Shown piece after piece: positions 18,228 to 28,291 of a stretch of DNA of 64,000 bases; positions within the stretch are counted from its first letter, which is position 1; every line of letters starts with the position of its first letter. The notes under the pieces were generated by a model. That model had not been told where the DNA came from, ran no database searches, and saw only the letters and a list, made by a program, of their open reading frames with translations. The DNA is taken from the NCBI GenBank assembly GCA_964600695.1, contig CAZRKK010000002.1, positions 115,900-179,899 on the forward strand. Reading direction: 5' to 3'. This DNA is from an uncultured Candidatus Saccharibacteria bacterium (GTDB taxonomy: Bacteria; Patescibacteriota; Doudnabacteria; UBA920). A program made the translations under genes and the position numbers.

Positions 18228-19670
18228 TTAATAATTATCTTTAGTGCGATGATTGAAGATAAGAGCGAATAGGGTTCTGGCTAGAATGCTCATATCAAGC
18301 CGCCAACTCCAGTTTTCTATATAATAAGTGTCGAGCTTGATTTCTTCCTCAAAGGGCAGGTTTGGCCACGAGAGCTGTGCTAATTGAGTAAGGCCAAAGA
18401 TACCAGGTTTGATGCTAAAGATGCGTTCATTGCCCCTTTTATACAGTTCTACTTGGTCTGGGAAGTGAGGTCTAGGGCCAACCATACTCATATCACCAAG
18501 CAACACATTCCAGAATTGAGGGAGTTCATCTAGCTTAGTTTTACGGATGAAGCGACCAACTGGCGTGACGCGGGGGTCGTTTTTAATTTTATAAAGTGGT
18601 CCTGAGCGGTCTTCTTCTGTGACTACTTCTAAAAGTTTTTGGAGAGCTTCGGCGGCGGTTTGACTGCCGTATTTTTCGCCAACACTTAAGTGAGTGTACA
18701 TGCTTCTAAACTTGAAGAAGGTAAAGTTTTTTCCGCGACCGACGCGTGTAACGTTGTAGAAAACCGGCCCTGGACTGTTAAATTTAATAGCAATCACAAT
18801 GAGAACAAAGACGGGTGCCGTGATAATAATACAAACTGTACCAATGAGGATATCTAGCAATCTTTTTACAACTCGACCCCAACCTTCTAACGGAGTATTT
18901 TTTAAGCTGATCACAGGCACGCCACGGAAGCTTTGTAATTCGATCACGTTGCGTTGAACTTCGAACAGGCTTGGAATAAAACTAAAGCTTAACCCTTTAC
19001 TGCGAGCCAAACTGGCTAGACGCATGTTTTGTTCTTGGCTAATTGAAGTGTTGGTTTGAATGATTTCATCAACTAGATTTTCGTCGATAAACTTTTCGAG
19101 ATCAATATGTAGTTCTTTATGGTGATCAAACTTAGCTACTACTTGGTAACCATACTTCTGGCTTTGAAAGAGACTTTCGATCGCTTTAGTTTCTGTACCT
19201 TGACCATTGATGATAATCAATCGGTGCAAGCCATAATTTTTCGCAAACATAAAACGACGAAGAATTTTTAGAAGCAAGCGACCAATTATTACAAACACAA
19301 TACTTAGCACCCACGCAGCTAGAATAATAAATCGGGAAGGGAAAATAGATTGGTTAAAGAAGAACAAAACAATGGTGAACAACGCTCCTAGGGAAACTCC
19401 TAAAAAGATTTTAGCGGCTTGTTGGCGAAACGGTTGCGTACTTTTGATGTTATATAATCCCATCAAAGCAAAAATAACTAGCAGTGCGGGAATAACTCTA
19501 ATTAAAATATTGATAAAACCAGCAAGGCTCAAATCAAAAATGACCGGTCCAACAAGATCGAATCGTTCTAGGTGATACCGGATATAGTATGATACCAGCC
19601 CTGCTGTAGCTAGGGCTGCTGTGTCGGTCGGTACAGAGATTAAGTTATAGATGAATTCGGCTCGCTTCAT
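18228..19670 (-). CDS. polyprenyl-phosphate hexose-1-phosphate transferase (WbaP/bacterial sugar transferase family)
   Basis: N-terminal TMs, a C-terminal sugar-transferase domain, and the motifs KFRSM, PRVT and GPRP. Confidence 0.85.
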   Translation of the reverse strand: MKRAEFIYNLISVPTDTAALATAGLVSYYIRYHLERFDLVGPVIFDLSLAGFINILIRVIPALLVIFALMGLYNIKSTQPFRQQAAKIFLGVSLGALFTIVLFFFNQSIFPSRFIILAAWVLSIVFVIIGRLLLKILRRFMFAKNYGLHRLIIINGQGTETKAIESLFQSQKYGYQVVAKFDHHKELHIDLEKFIDENLVDEIIQTNTSISQEQNMRLASLARSKGLSFSFIPSLFEVQRNVIELQSFRGVPVISLKNTPLEGWGRVVKRLLDILIGTVCIIITAPVFVLIVIAIKFNSPGPVFYNVTRVGRGKNFTFFKFRSMYTHLSVGEKYGSQTAAEALQKLLEVVTEEDRSGPLYKIKNDPRVTPVGRFIRKTKLDELPQFWNVLLGDMSMVGPRPHFPDQVELYKRGNERIFSIKPGIFGLTQLAQLSWPNLPFEEEIKLDTYYIENWSWRLDMSILARTLFALIFNHRTKDNY

Positions 19671-19792
19671 ATCAAAAAATTAGCAAAAATTAAGTATTTC
19701 CTACTTATTTTAGCACCTTTTAGTGCTCTCCGCTAGGTGTTTTTGTGTTATAATTAGATGGTATTTTTAGTTCAGAAGTAACGATTTTAGAT

Positions 19793-20827
19793 ATGAATCA
19801 TTATAAGAATGTGGTGATCTTTGGTGGAAGCGGCTTTATTGGCGCGCATTTTTCTATTTATTTTTTAGATAATAATTTAGCAGAGAAAATTGTTTTAGCA
19901 GATGTCGAACCGCCAAAGTATCAAAATTTACCGAAGCGATTAAAGCAATTAGTAGACGAGGGTAAAATTAATTTTATTCAAGCTGATGTTCGTAATGCAT
20001 TAACAGATAATACAAGCTTGCCAAAGCAAGTTGATTTAATTGTAAACTTAGCTGCGGTTCATCGCGAACCTGGCCACGAAAAATTTGAATATTACGATAC
20101 CAATATTCCTGGAGCAGAAAATGTTTGTAATTGGGCGCGACAAATTAATTGTCAGCAAATAGTTTTTACTAGTTCAATCGCAGTTTACGGTACAGAAAAA
20201 ATTGGTCCAAAAACCGAAGCTACCAAGCCAGAGCCAAATAGTCCTTATGGTGTGTCTAAGCTAGCGGCCGAAAAAATTAATGAAGACTGGGTTAAAGAGT
20301 CTACCGAACGAAGCTTGTTAATTGTTCGTCCGGGTGTAATTTTTGGAACAGGTGAAGCTGGTAACATCACACGTATGATCCGCGGGATTCGTGGGCGCTA
20401 CTTTGTATTTTTGGGCAACCAGAATATTATTAAGTCCGGTGGTTATGTTAAAGAGTTATGCCGTTCTTTAGCTTGGATGTTGGACTGGCAAAAGCAACAA
20501 AATCAGCAAGAGTTAATTTATAACTTTACTTTCCACCCAGCTGCTACAGTGGCTGAATATGCCAACAGTATTATTCAGGCTATGGGCCGTAAGCAAAAGG
20601 TGTGGAATATTCCTTACAACTTGTTATTACCAGTCGCCACAGTAATTGGCGCAGTATCGAACTTTGTTGGCATCGAACAACCAGTTAATGCAGCTCGAGT
20701 AAAAAAGTTATTGCGCGAGAATAATATTATCGCTCAAAAGTTGATCGATACCGGTTATCAATACAAATATACTTTGAATCAAGCTTTGGCCGATTGGTCG
20801 CAAGAACATCCAGAGGATTGGAGATAA
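19793..20827 (+). CDS. NAD-dependent epimerase/dehydratase (extended SDR)
   Basis: GGSGFIGAH Rossmann motif and YxxxK. Confidence 0.8.
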   Translation: MNHYKNVVIFGGSGFIGAHFSIYFLDNNLAEKIVLADVEPPKYQNLPKRLKQLVDEGKINFIQADVRNALTDNTSLPKQVDLIVNLAAVHREPGHEKFEYYDTNIPGAENVCNWARQINCQQIVFTSSIAVYGTEKIGPKTEATKPEPNSPYGVSKLAAEKINEDWVKESTERSLLIVRPGVIFGTGEAGNITRMIRGIRGRYFVFLGNQNIIKSGGYVKELCRSLAWMLDWQKQQNQQELIYNFTFHPAATVAEYANSIIQAMGRKQKVWNIPYNLLLPVATVIGAVSNFVGIEQPVNAARVKKLLRENNIIAQKLIDTGYQYKYTLNQALADWSQEHPEDWR

Positions 20828-20830
20828 TCC

Positions 20831-21871
20831 ATGATTACTACAGTTGCTCCTCAAGTTAATACATTACAAGCTTCTAAGCCAGGCGTGCGCGCTGCTGGTG
20901 AGGTAATTGTTGTGACTGGTGGAGCAGGGTATATAGGAGCACATACAGTGGACCAGCTACTTAAAGCTGGTTTTTCTGTTGTTGTAATTGATGACCTCTC
21001 TGCCGGTAAGTTAGAAAATCTATCTAACTTTTCGATAACTTTTAAGGAGGGTGATTTTGCAGACGCAGAACTTTGGAGTCAAATTGTAGCTGAGCATAAA
21101 GTTGCAGGGTTGGTTCACTTGGCAGGAAAAATTGATGCAGCTGAATCGATTCTAGAACCAGAATTGTACCTCGAAACTAATTACCAAAAAACCCAACAAT
21201 TACTTCAGATTTTAAAAGATTTAGCGGTTAATAATTTAGTGTTTGCTTCCACGGCCGCAGTTTACGGCAACAATTCTGATTATCCGATTAGTGATTTAGC
21301 TCCATTAGCTCCAATCAATCCTTATGGTAAAAGTAAGATGCTGGCTGAGCGCACCATTCTAGACAGTAATTTGAAGTCAGTAGCGCTTAGATTTTTTAAT
21401 GTCGCTGGAACTGATCCGGAATTAAATATATTGCCTCAAAACCCTCATGGGTTGTTGCGGAAGATTAAGGCTGTGATTGATGGCCAAGACCCTGTATTCT
21501 CGATTTATGGTGATGACTACGAAACTATTGACGGTACTTGCATCCGAGATTTTATAAACGTAGTTGATATCGCTCGAGCAATAGTTTGTGCTGTTAGTGC
21601 GTTGGTTTTTTCTACTCCTCAATTAAATAACTATTCCGTTTTTAATGTTGGCTCTGGGCAAGGATATTCAATTAATCAAATTTTAGAAGTTGCACACAAA
21701 ATTGCTAAAGAAAAAGGTAAAAGTATTGCGGTTCAGACTTTACCTCGACGTGAGAGTGAAATTCCTATCTCTGTGGCCGACAACGCGCGGATTAAAACAA
21801 TCTTAAATTTTGATTTGCAATATTCGGATTTGGAGACTATACTTCGAACTAGTCTTGGAACAACAAACTAG
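20831..21871 (+). CDS. galE: UDP-glucose 4-epimerase-like protein
   Basis: VTGGAGYIGAH, YGKSK and a GalE-like length. Confidence 0.7.
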   Translation: MITTVAPQVNTLQASKPGVRAAGEVIVVTGGAGYIGAHTVDQLLKAGFSVVVIDDLSAGKLENLSNFSITFKEGDFADAELWSQIVAEHKVAGLVHLAGKIDAAESILEPELYLETNYQKTQQLLQILKDLAVNNLVFASTAAVYGNNSDYPISDLAPLAPINPYGKSKMLAERTILDSNLKSVALRFFNVAGTDPELNILPQNPHGLLRKIKAVIDGQDPVFSIYGDDYETIDGTCIRDFINVVDIARAIVCAVSALVFSTPQLNNYSVFNVGSGQGYSINQILEVAHKIAKEKGKSIAVQTLPRRESEIPISVADNARIKTILNFDLQYSDLETILRTSLGTTN

Positions 21872-21902
21872 TTTCGAATAGCAAAAACCTTGAGGAGGGG
21901 AT

Positions 21903-22574
21903 ATGAAAAAGAAAGCCGTGAAGGCAAAGACGACAAAAAGTAAGTCTGATGTTGAACCAACTGGAGCTTTAAAAGTTGTTAAGGTTGCAAAAGAAAAAAC
22001 TAAGTTTGACAACGAAGGTTTAGAGTTAGCAGTTTATGCTGCGAATAATTTTCCAGCACTCACAGAAAATGTAGTTGATATTAAAGCCAAAACTACATGG
22101 ATGAAGAAAATCCAAGAGTTCTTGGATACCCACTCAGCGCGAGTGCGTGACAATAAACTTCGAGGAATTATCTGTGTAGTCGATTCATTTAGGAACGCCA
22201 CCGGTGGTCGCGTGGATATTATCGCTGGGCTCGAAGGATCAATTGTCGAAGCTTTCGAGATATTCACCGAAGGTCAACCAAAGTACAAAGCTAAAAGTGA
22301 TTTGTTCAAGCGAATGTTAAAACATGCATCATGTGTTAAAGCCCCTTATGCGGGCAACATTCACTTTCATTTATTTCATTGTAAGTATGAGAAGGTCACA
22401 CCTAGAATGATATTGGATTTTCTCCATACCGAACATGGTCCAGACAATGATTTGCATTACAAGGCAGATTTTAAATTCGCAGTCCTAGTGAATTTGCCAT
22501 CCAAGCCTTATTGGAGAAAGAATGGAAATGCAGAAATGCTTCAAGCTCTCTTTGGAAAAGAGAGGGAGTTATAA
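21903..22574 (+). CDS. hypothetical protein with a Lys-rich N-terminus (223 aa)
   Basis: SD GAGGAGGGG. I recognise no family. Confidence 0.45.
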   Translation: MKKKAVKAKTTKSKSDVEPTGALKVVKVAKEKTKFDNEGLELAVYAANNFPALTENVVDIKAKTTWMKKIQEFLDTHSARVRDNKLRGIICVVDSFRNATGGRVDIIAGLEGSIVEAFEIFTEGQPKYKAKSDLFKRMLKHASCVKAPYAGNIHFHLFHCKYEKVTPRMILDFLHTEHGPDNDLHYKADFKFAVLVNLPSKPYWRKNGNAEMLQALFGKEREL

Positions 22575-22666
22575 GTATATTGTTAAGCAGGAATGTACCG
22601 CCGCAACGAGTTTGTTGGCGGTTTTTTATATTGCCAAAAAGCCTAATAAAAGCTATAATAGAAGCC

Positions 22667-23566
22667 ATGGAAAACTATGAGATCATCATTTTTTATAAAT
22701 ACGTTCACATTGATAACCCTCTTCAGTTGATGCAGTCTCAAAAGGAAGCTCAGTTGCGACTTGGTTTAAAGGGACGCACTATTATTGCGGACGAAGGCAT
22801 TAATGCTACCATGGAAGGAACGCACGATAACATCGAAAAATATATCGCCGATCTATATTTAGACCCGCGCTTTAAAGATGTCTATATCAAACGTACTGCT
22901 GGCACAGGAAATGCTTTTCCAAAAACTTCTGTAAAAGTTCGCAGTGAACTTGTGGCGCTTGGTTTAGATAAATCTTGTGACATCGATCCAAATCAAATTA
23001 CAGGCGTGCATTTAAAACCAGAAGAACTCCACCAATGGATTGCTGATGGCAAAGAGTTTTATATAATCGACATGCGGAATGCTTACGAACATCAGGTTGG
23101 TCATTTTAAAGGTTCTATTTTACCGCCGATGGATAACTTCCGTGATCTACCGAAATTTATAAAATCTATTGAGCACTTAAAACATAAGTCAGTACTTACT
23201 GTTTGTACTTACGGTGTGCGTTGCGAAAAAGCATCCGGTTATTTATTGAGCCAAGGATTTACCGATGTCTATCAGTTGGATGGTGGAATTGGAATGTACA
23301 TGGCCAAATATCCGAACGAAGACTTTTTAGGAAAATTATATGTATTTGATAGTCGCTTAACTTTAGGATTCTTTACTGACGATCCAAAGCACCAAGTAAT
23401 AGGGAAGTGTATTTTTTGTGGCAAGGCCAGCGAACGATATACTAACTGTGTAGTTAACGATTGTAATCGAAAGTTTATTGCTTGCGAAGAATGCGAAACA
23501 AAGATGGGTGATAACTTTGTGTGTCCGCCAGAGATGGGGCATAAAGAGAAGACGAGAGTAAGTTAA
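22667..23566 (+). CDS. trhO: rhodanese-domain tRNA uridine(34) hydroxylase (TrhO/YceA)
   Basis: A UPF0176 N-terminal domain, a rhodanese domain (CTYGVRC) and a C-terminal Cys cluster. Start taken at the M of MENYEII. Confidence 0.7.
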   Translation: MENYEIIIFYKYVHIDNPLQLMQSQKEAQLRLGLKGRTIIADEGINATMEGTHDNIEKYIADLYLDPRFKDVYIKRTAGTGNAFPKTSVKVRSELVALGLDKSCDIDPNQITGVHLKPEELHQWIADGKEFYIIDMRNAYEHQVGHFKGSILPPMDNFRDLPKFIKSIEHLKHKSVLTVCTYGVRCEKASGYLLSQGFTDVYQLDGGIGMYMAKYPNEDFLGKLYVFDSRLTLGFFTDDPKHQVIGKCIFCGKASERYTNCVVNDCNRKFIACEECETKMGDNFVCPPEMGHKEKTRVS

Positions 23567-23582
23567 TAAATTTCAATACGAA

Positions 23583-23612
23583 AAACCCGCTCTATGCAGA
23601 GGCGGGTTTTTA
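23583..23612. terminator. bidirectional terminator
   Basis: aaaaacccgcctctgcatagagcgggttttt. Confidence 0.7.
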
Positions 23613-23639
23613 AGTTGCGGTTTTACCGTAAGGTAAAGA

Positions 23640-23771
23640 CTATGCAGCAGCTTCTTCGGAAGTAGCTTCGTCTTCTTTCTTAGCTTCTTCTGCAGCAACT
23701 TCTGGAGTTACTACTTCAGCGCCGGCTTCTTCTGTTGCAACTTCTGGAGTTGTTGTTGTATCGTCAGACAT
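23640..23771 (-). CDS. very acidic 43-aa peptide (MSDDTTTTPEVATEEAGAEVVTPEVAAEEAKKEDEATSEEAAA)
   Basis: Weak SD AAAGGA. Ends at the bidirectional terminator. Absent from the >=60-aa ORF track. Confidence 0.3.
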   Translation of the reverse strand: MSDDTTTTPEVATEEAGAEVVTPEVAAEEAKKEDEATSEEAAA

Positions 23772-24028
23772 AATTGTCCTTTCGGCTGGGTACCTTAATT
23801 CAATCGGTAATCAGACATTATAAGTTAGTGACCGCGTTGGCTTCCCAAAGTGAATATAGGTCAATAGTTAAGTATTGCACTGCATACTTAAAATGTCAAG
23901 CGTTCGGAAGCCATAAAAAGTAGAGTATTTCTTTTAAATTTCTTCAAAATAGAAGTTATTAAACCTTGACAATACACCAGACGAGTGACATAATAAACTC
24001 GTTTGAAAAATGCAGTAGGAGTGAATAA

Positions 24029-24829
24029 ATGGGCGATATTTTTGATGATTTGTTCGAGGTTTTTACTACTGGTGAATTAAAACTCCCAGAAATCTTCGGT
24101 GGGAAAGCATCCACTTCCAATGCTTCTAAGATTCCTTTAGAGCAGAGAGCTATGAATAAAGCAGCGCTCACAGCCTTTTTGGAATCACCCAGCAGAGTTA
24201 GTCATTTAACAGATGACCATGCTCGGGTTCATCTAGAAAAAGGGGTAGTAGAATTATTCCATCCAAGTCTCGGTCATATCATGAGCGGTTTGCTAATTAC
24301 CCAAAATGGTTTTTTAGTAACCAATTATGATGTGATTGATCATCTGAAGGAATATCCACTGTCGGTTAAGACCGAAGACGGAAAGGTCCATAAAAATGTA
24401 CGAGTCTGTGCTCCGAGTGTCCAAAACAATATCGCTTTGCTCAAAGTTGATATGGATGGCCCGACGAAACCGATGAAGTACAAATTTACCGATCGCAGAA
24501 GTCCGTTTGGTACGTTTGCGGTTTCGTATTTAGTCCGAAAAGGTCAAAAGCTTAAGAAGCTTGGCGGACTGATAAACTCCGCTCGACCAGAGTCTTTTCC
24601 AATCAAAGATAGCTCTAAGGTTCTGATGAATCAAGTTCTCATAGAACGGGTAGAGCGAGCAGATGTGGAGTCTGGGGCAGTTATCGTAACTGCCAACGGA
24701 GAGCTATTTGGAATAGCTTCCGGGACGATTACAAAGAGTGCCAAAACCACTTGCACTTCTTTGGATGCTGTTTTGGCTCTTATCAAATCTTTGCTAGAGG
24801 CTAAAGTCGCCAAGACGGCGAAGAAATAA
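24029..24829 (+). CDS. trypsin-like (S1/chymotrypsin-fold) serine peptidase
   Basis: A His block (GHIMSGLLITQNGFLVTNYDV), an Asp block (NNIALLKVD) and a Ser block (ESGAVIV) are present. Confidence 0.5.
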   Translation: MGDIFDDLFEVFTTGELKLPEIFGGKASTSNASKIPLEQRAMNKAALTAFLESPSRVSHLTDDHARVHLEKGVVELFHPSLGHIMSGLLITQNGFLVTNYDVIDHLKEYPLSVKTEDGKVHKNVRVCAPSVQNNIALLKVDMDGPTKPMKYKFTDRRSPFGTFAVSYLVRKGQKLKKLGGLINSARPESFPIKDSSKVLMNQVLIERVERADVESGAVIVTANGELFGIASGTITKSAKTTCTSLDAVLALIKSLLEAKVAKTAKK

Positions 24830-24985
24830 GCCAACCGAATTATACAAGATTCGACAACTGATACCGGAATTGAAAAATCCAGCAACAGGTTCAGTTTGTT
24901 GAATAATAAGCGCAACACATTGGTGAAGCGCTTTTTTATTTTGCCAGTTTAAAATATATGATATATTGCTGTAAGGGGGTGAGAT

Positions 24986-25576
24986 ATGTCACATCTTACA
25001 GTAATTGCTGGTTCGATGTATGCAGGTAAAAGCGAAGAATTGGTGATGCAATTGCGCCGTTACCGTTATCGAAAGAAGCGAATTTTAGTAGTAAAACCAA
25101 AGATCGATACACGAACTAAGGAGGAAATTGTTTCTCGGCTTTCTCATACCGGGAAAAAGCAAGACTTTACTCCGGTTTCCAGCTGGGAAGCCATCTCGAT
25201 TGAATCGGCAAAAGAATTTTCTAAGCTCATTAAGGATTATAATCCTGAGGTAGTAGGAATTGATGAAGCTCAGTTCTTCAAACCGTGGATGTTTAGTTTC
25301 ATTAATAAACTTTTAGCCGAGAAAAGTTCTGAGGATCTCAAGATTTTGATAGCCGGTCTCGATATGGACGCATGGCGTCGACCGTTTGGCATTATGCCTA
25401 ACCTTATGGCGATAGCTGATGAGGTCATAAAAAAGAGTGCGGTGTGCATGAGTTGTGACGCCGATGCTGTTCTTTCTCAGAAGATTGTAAAGTCTGGTCA
25501 ACAAGTAGAAGTAGGCAACACGGAGACTTATGAAGCTCGTTGTCGAAAATGCCATGTTTTACCAGAGGAATTGTAG
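24986..25576 (+). CDS. tdk: thymidine kinase
   Basis: P-loop GSMYAGKSEEL and a C-terminal Zn ribbon (CMSC...CRKC). Confidence 0.9.
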   Translation: MSHLTVIAGSMYAGKSEELVMQLRRYRYRKKRILVVKPKIDTRTKEEIVSRLSHTGKKQDFTPVSSWEAISIESAKEFSKLIKDYNPEVVGIDEAQFFKPWMFSFINKLLAEKSSEDLKILIAGLDMDAWRRPFGIMPNLMAIADEVIKKSAVCMSCDADAVLSQKIVKSGQQVEVGNTETYEARCRKCHVLPEEL

Positions 25577-25605
25577 GTGGAAGAATTGTAGGAAGTTTGT
25601 TGTTT

Positions 25606-25632
25606 GCGCGGAAGTTATTTCCGCGCTTTTTT
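25606..25632 (+). terminator. rho-independent terminator after tdk
   Basis: gcgcggaa-gttat-ttccgcgc is followed by TTTTTT. Confidence 0.7.
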
Positions 25633-25705
25633 ATTTTGTTAATTTTTATTCCAGCTCGAGAAAATCTAAAAGCAGTATTTATCACTGTTTTGCTAGCCTT
25701 ATAAT

Positions 25706-26095
25706 ATGCACAAAGATTTTGACAGCTGGAATGAGAAGAAGAAAAATTTAGATTCATCAAACAAAAAGTTTCTTTTTAAAGAAAGAGAGATTTGGTGGTG
25801 TTCGGTGGGTATAAATGTAGGGAATGAATCATGCGGCAAAGGCAGAGATTTTCGCAGACCTGTTTTAATATTAAAAAAATTATCAAAGTATTGCGTGATA
25901 GGTCTGCCAATTTCTTCTCAATTAAAGAATGGCGATTGGTTTTGTGAAGTTGAGACATTAATGGGAAAGAGGAATGTGATGTTATCTCAAATAAAAATGT
26001 TTAATTCCAATAGATTTCAGCACAAACTCCATATTTTAGATGAAAAAACTTTTAAAATTATAAAACAAAAACTCAAGAATCTTCTTGAGCTTTGA
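25706..26095 (+). CDS. PemK/MazF-family endoribonuclease toxin-like protein (no cognate antitoxin evident)
   Basis: EIWWCSVGINVGNE...GRDFRRPVLIL matches the MazF SH3-barrel core. Confidence 0.45.
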   Translation: MHKDFDSWNEKKKNLDSSNKKFLFKEREIWWCSVGINVGNESCGKGRDFRRPVLILKKLSKYCVIGLPISSQLKNGDWFCEVETLMGKRNVMLSQIKMFNSNRFQHKLHILDEKTFKIIKQKLKNLLEL

Positions 26096-26336
26096 ATTAT
26101 CACCAGAACAAATTGCTCTGGCTCAGTGACTAATCCAATTAAGGAGAGTCAAAAATGTATCATCACCAAGGGGAATAAACCCCTTGGATCGGTGGCAAAA
26201 GCCAAATACAGAATTATCGTCAGTTCAAGTTTCCTTTAACTAACAAATACTTCCGCCAGGGTAAACCCCTAGTAAATATATTTTAAGAAAATTTTGATTG
26301 ATTGTCAACGATTTTTTTTTGGCTTGAATAAAACAA

Positions 26337-26362
26337 AAACTCGAAGCATTGCTCGAGCTTTT
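26337..26362 (-). terminator. rho-independent terminator of the 26363..26722 gene
   Basis: Minus-strand ctcgagcaatgcttcgag is followed by TTTTT. Confidence 0.55.
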
Positions 26363-26722
26363 CTATGTACTCATTTCTTTTCTGGCTTGTTGTATTCCTA
26401 AAACCATAAAATCCGATACTTGAAACTTAATGTTGTAATCTGACAGTAATTTATTGATTGGTGGGTCATTAAATTCCTTTAGTTTTTTATTGATAATATA
26501 ATCTCTGATTTCTTCTCTTTCTGTGTACAAACCCTGTTTGTAAGCTAAATAAAGTCCCGCACAAACAAAATAACCAATCTCAAAAAGTTGTTGTTTTTGA
26601 TTTGAATTTATCTGGTCAGAATATTCACCGAGTATAATAACTTCTTTATCACAAATCTGCTTAGCAAGACTGAGTGAATCTTCATTAATTAAATCATAAA
26701 TATGTGACTGATCATTTAGCAT
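26363..26722 (-). CDS. hypothetical protein (119 aa)
   Basis: An ORF with a terminator. I recognise no family. Confidence 0.45.
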   Translation of the reverse strand: MLNDQSHIYDLINEDSLSLAKQICDKEVIILGEYSDQINSNQKQQLFEIGYFVCAGLYLAYKQGLYTEREEIRDYIINKKLKEFNDPPINKLLSDYNIKFQVSDFMVLGIQQARKEMST

Positions 26723-26788
26723 GGTTATATTATATACCTAATTAGGTTTAAAAAGGCGAAAAATGCCTAAAAGTGATAGAATAACTAT

Positions 26789-27847
26789 ATGAAAACCTTT
26801 GCCAAACTAGCAAAATTAAAACCCGGAGACACAGTCGGAATCGTGTCGCCGTCTTTTGCTGCGCCTGCAGTATGGCCTCATATGTACGAACTTGGGCTTA
26901 AGCGTGTGCGTGAGGTCTTTGGCTTAAACCCAATCGATTATCCTGCTACAGCTAAACTTGGTGCCAGCACCGAAGAACGCACCGCTGACCTCGTTTCCGC
27001 TTTTACCGACCCTAATGTTAAAGCAGTAATTGCTTCTTTGGGTGGCAACGATCAAGTTACATATATTAAAAACCTACCCACAGAACCGTTCACTCAAAAT
27101 CCTAAACCATATTTTGGATATAGCGACAACACTCACTTTATGAACTTCTTGTGGTTAAACGGCATTCCTTCTTACTATGGCGGTTCAATTTTCACTCAGT
27201 TCGCCATGCAGAACAAGATGGATGAGTTTACTTTGGAATATTTAAAGAAGGCGTTATTCGAAGAATCTGCCGAGGTAGAACTAGTCGCCAGCTCCGTATT
27301 TAATGATGTAGAGTTGCAATGGAATGATCCCGAGACTATGACTATGGCACGCGAATACGAACCCAATGATGGTTGGTATTGGGATGTAGCAGAGAGTGGT
27401 GCGCCAACAGAGGCGCGCGGAATCACTTGGGGTGGATGCTTAGAATCTATAGACGAAATCATGCGTCATGGTGTGGCCTTGCCAAGTTTAGAAGACTTTG
27501 AAAATATTATTTTGTTTTTAGAAACCTCCGAAGAAATGCCGGATAGCAGTTATGTCTCGCGCGTGTTGCGGGCGCTAGGTGAAAGAGGGATTTTAGAGCG
27601 TGTGCGTGGTGTATTAGTAGGGCGACCAAAAGGATGGCACTTTGGAAAAGAACGAACTCCAGAACAAAGAAAACAGCATCGAGCTGAACAACGCGAAGTG
27701 TTTACTAAAGTGGTGAGGCAGTATAATCCAAATGTGCCGATGGTGATGAATATGGATTTTGGTCACACCGACCCACAAATCTGTTTGCCTTATGGTGGGG
27801 AAGCACGAATAGATGCCCAAAACAAAAAAGTTTTTGTGAGGTTTTAA
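26789..27847 (+). CDS. ldcA: LD-carboxypeptidase (peptidase S66, murein tetrapeptide carboxypeptidase)
   Basis: GDTVGIVSPS and the S66 fold. GC is elevated (~48%). Confidence 0.75.
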   Translation: MKTFAKLAKLKPGDTVGIVSPSFAAPAVWPHMYELGLKRVREVFGLNPIDYPATAKLGASTEERTADLVSAFTDPNVKAVIASLGGNDQVTYIKNLPTEPFTQNPKPYFGYSDNTHFMNFLWLNGIPSYYGGSIFTQFAMQNKMDEFTLEYLKKALFEESAEVELVASSVFNDVELQWNDPETMTMAREYEPNDGWYWDVAESGAPTEARGITWGGCLESIDEIMRHGVALPSLEDFENIILFLETSEEMPDSSYVSRVLRALGERGILERVRGVLVGRPKGWHFGKERTPEQRKQHRAEQREVFTKVVRQYNPNVPMVMNMDFGHTDPQICLPYGGEARIDAQNKKVFVRF

Positions 27848-27849
27848 TT

Positions 27850-28110
27850 ATGGAAGAAATAGAACAAATTCAAAAAGATATTGCCGAACTCAAAGCTCGG
27901 AATAGTAGAGTAGAGCAAGATAAAGCTTGGGAGACCAGTTTATTCCGTAAAATATTAATTGCGGTTTTGACCTATGTGGTGGTAGTGATATTTTTTGTGA
28001 CTATGGACTTCCCAAGACCATTCCTCTCCGCGATAGTTCCGACAATTGGGTTTGTGCTATCTACTTTGACCGTGCGGGTGGTGAAACGGTGGTGGGTGGG
28101 GAGGAAATAG
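27850..28110 (+). CDS. small membrane protein (86 aa)
   Basis: Coiled N-terminus and 2 TM. Confidence 0.45.
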   Translation: MEEIEQIQKDIAELKARNSRVEQDKAWETSLFRKILIAVLTYVVVVIFFVTMDFPRPFLSAIVPTIGFVLSTLTVRVVKRWWVGRK

Positions 28111-28291
28111 AATAGATAGACAATTGGTAGAGCAACGGTGAATCGAAATTATTTAACTTATATAATTATTGTGATAGAAGTTTTCCAAATGGCTTTTGGC
28201 TGAGCAACATTAAATGGAAAACTTTTTTGCTTTATTTATAGCCCTTTTTTAAATTTTATGCTATATTTGAGTCAAATAATTAGTATATTGT

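Noticed and set aside
22511-22666. Upstream extension of trhO (ORF 22511..23566)
   Set aside because: It overlaps the preceding gene. The conserved TrhO N-terminus starts at MENYEII (22667).
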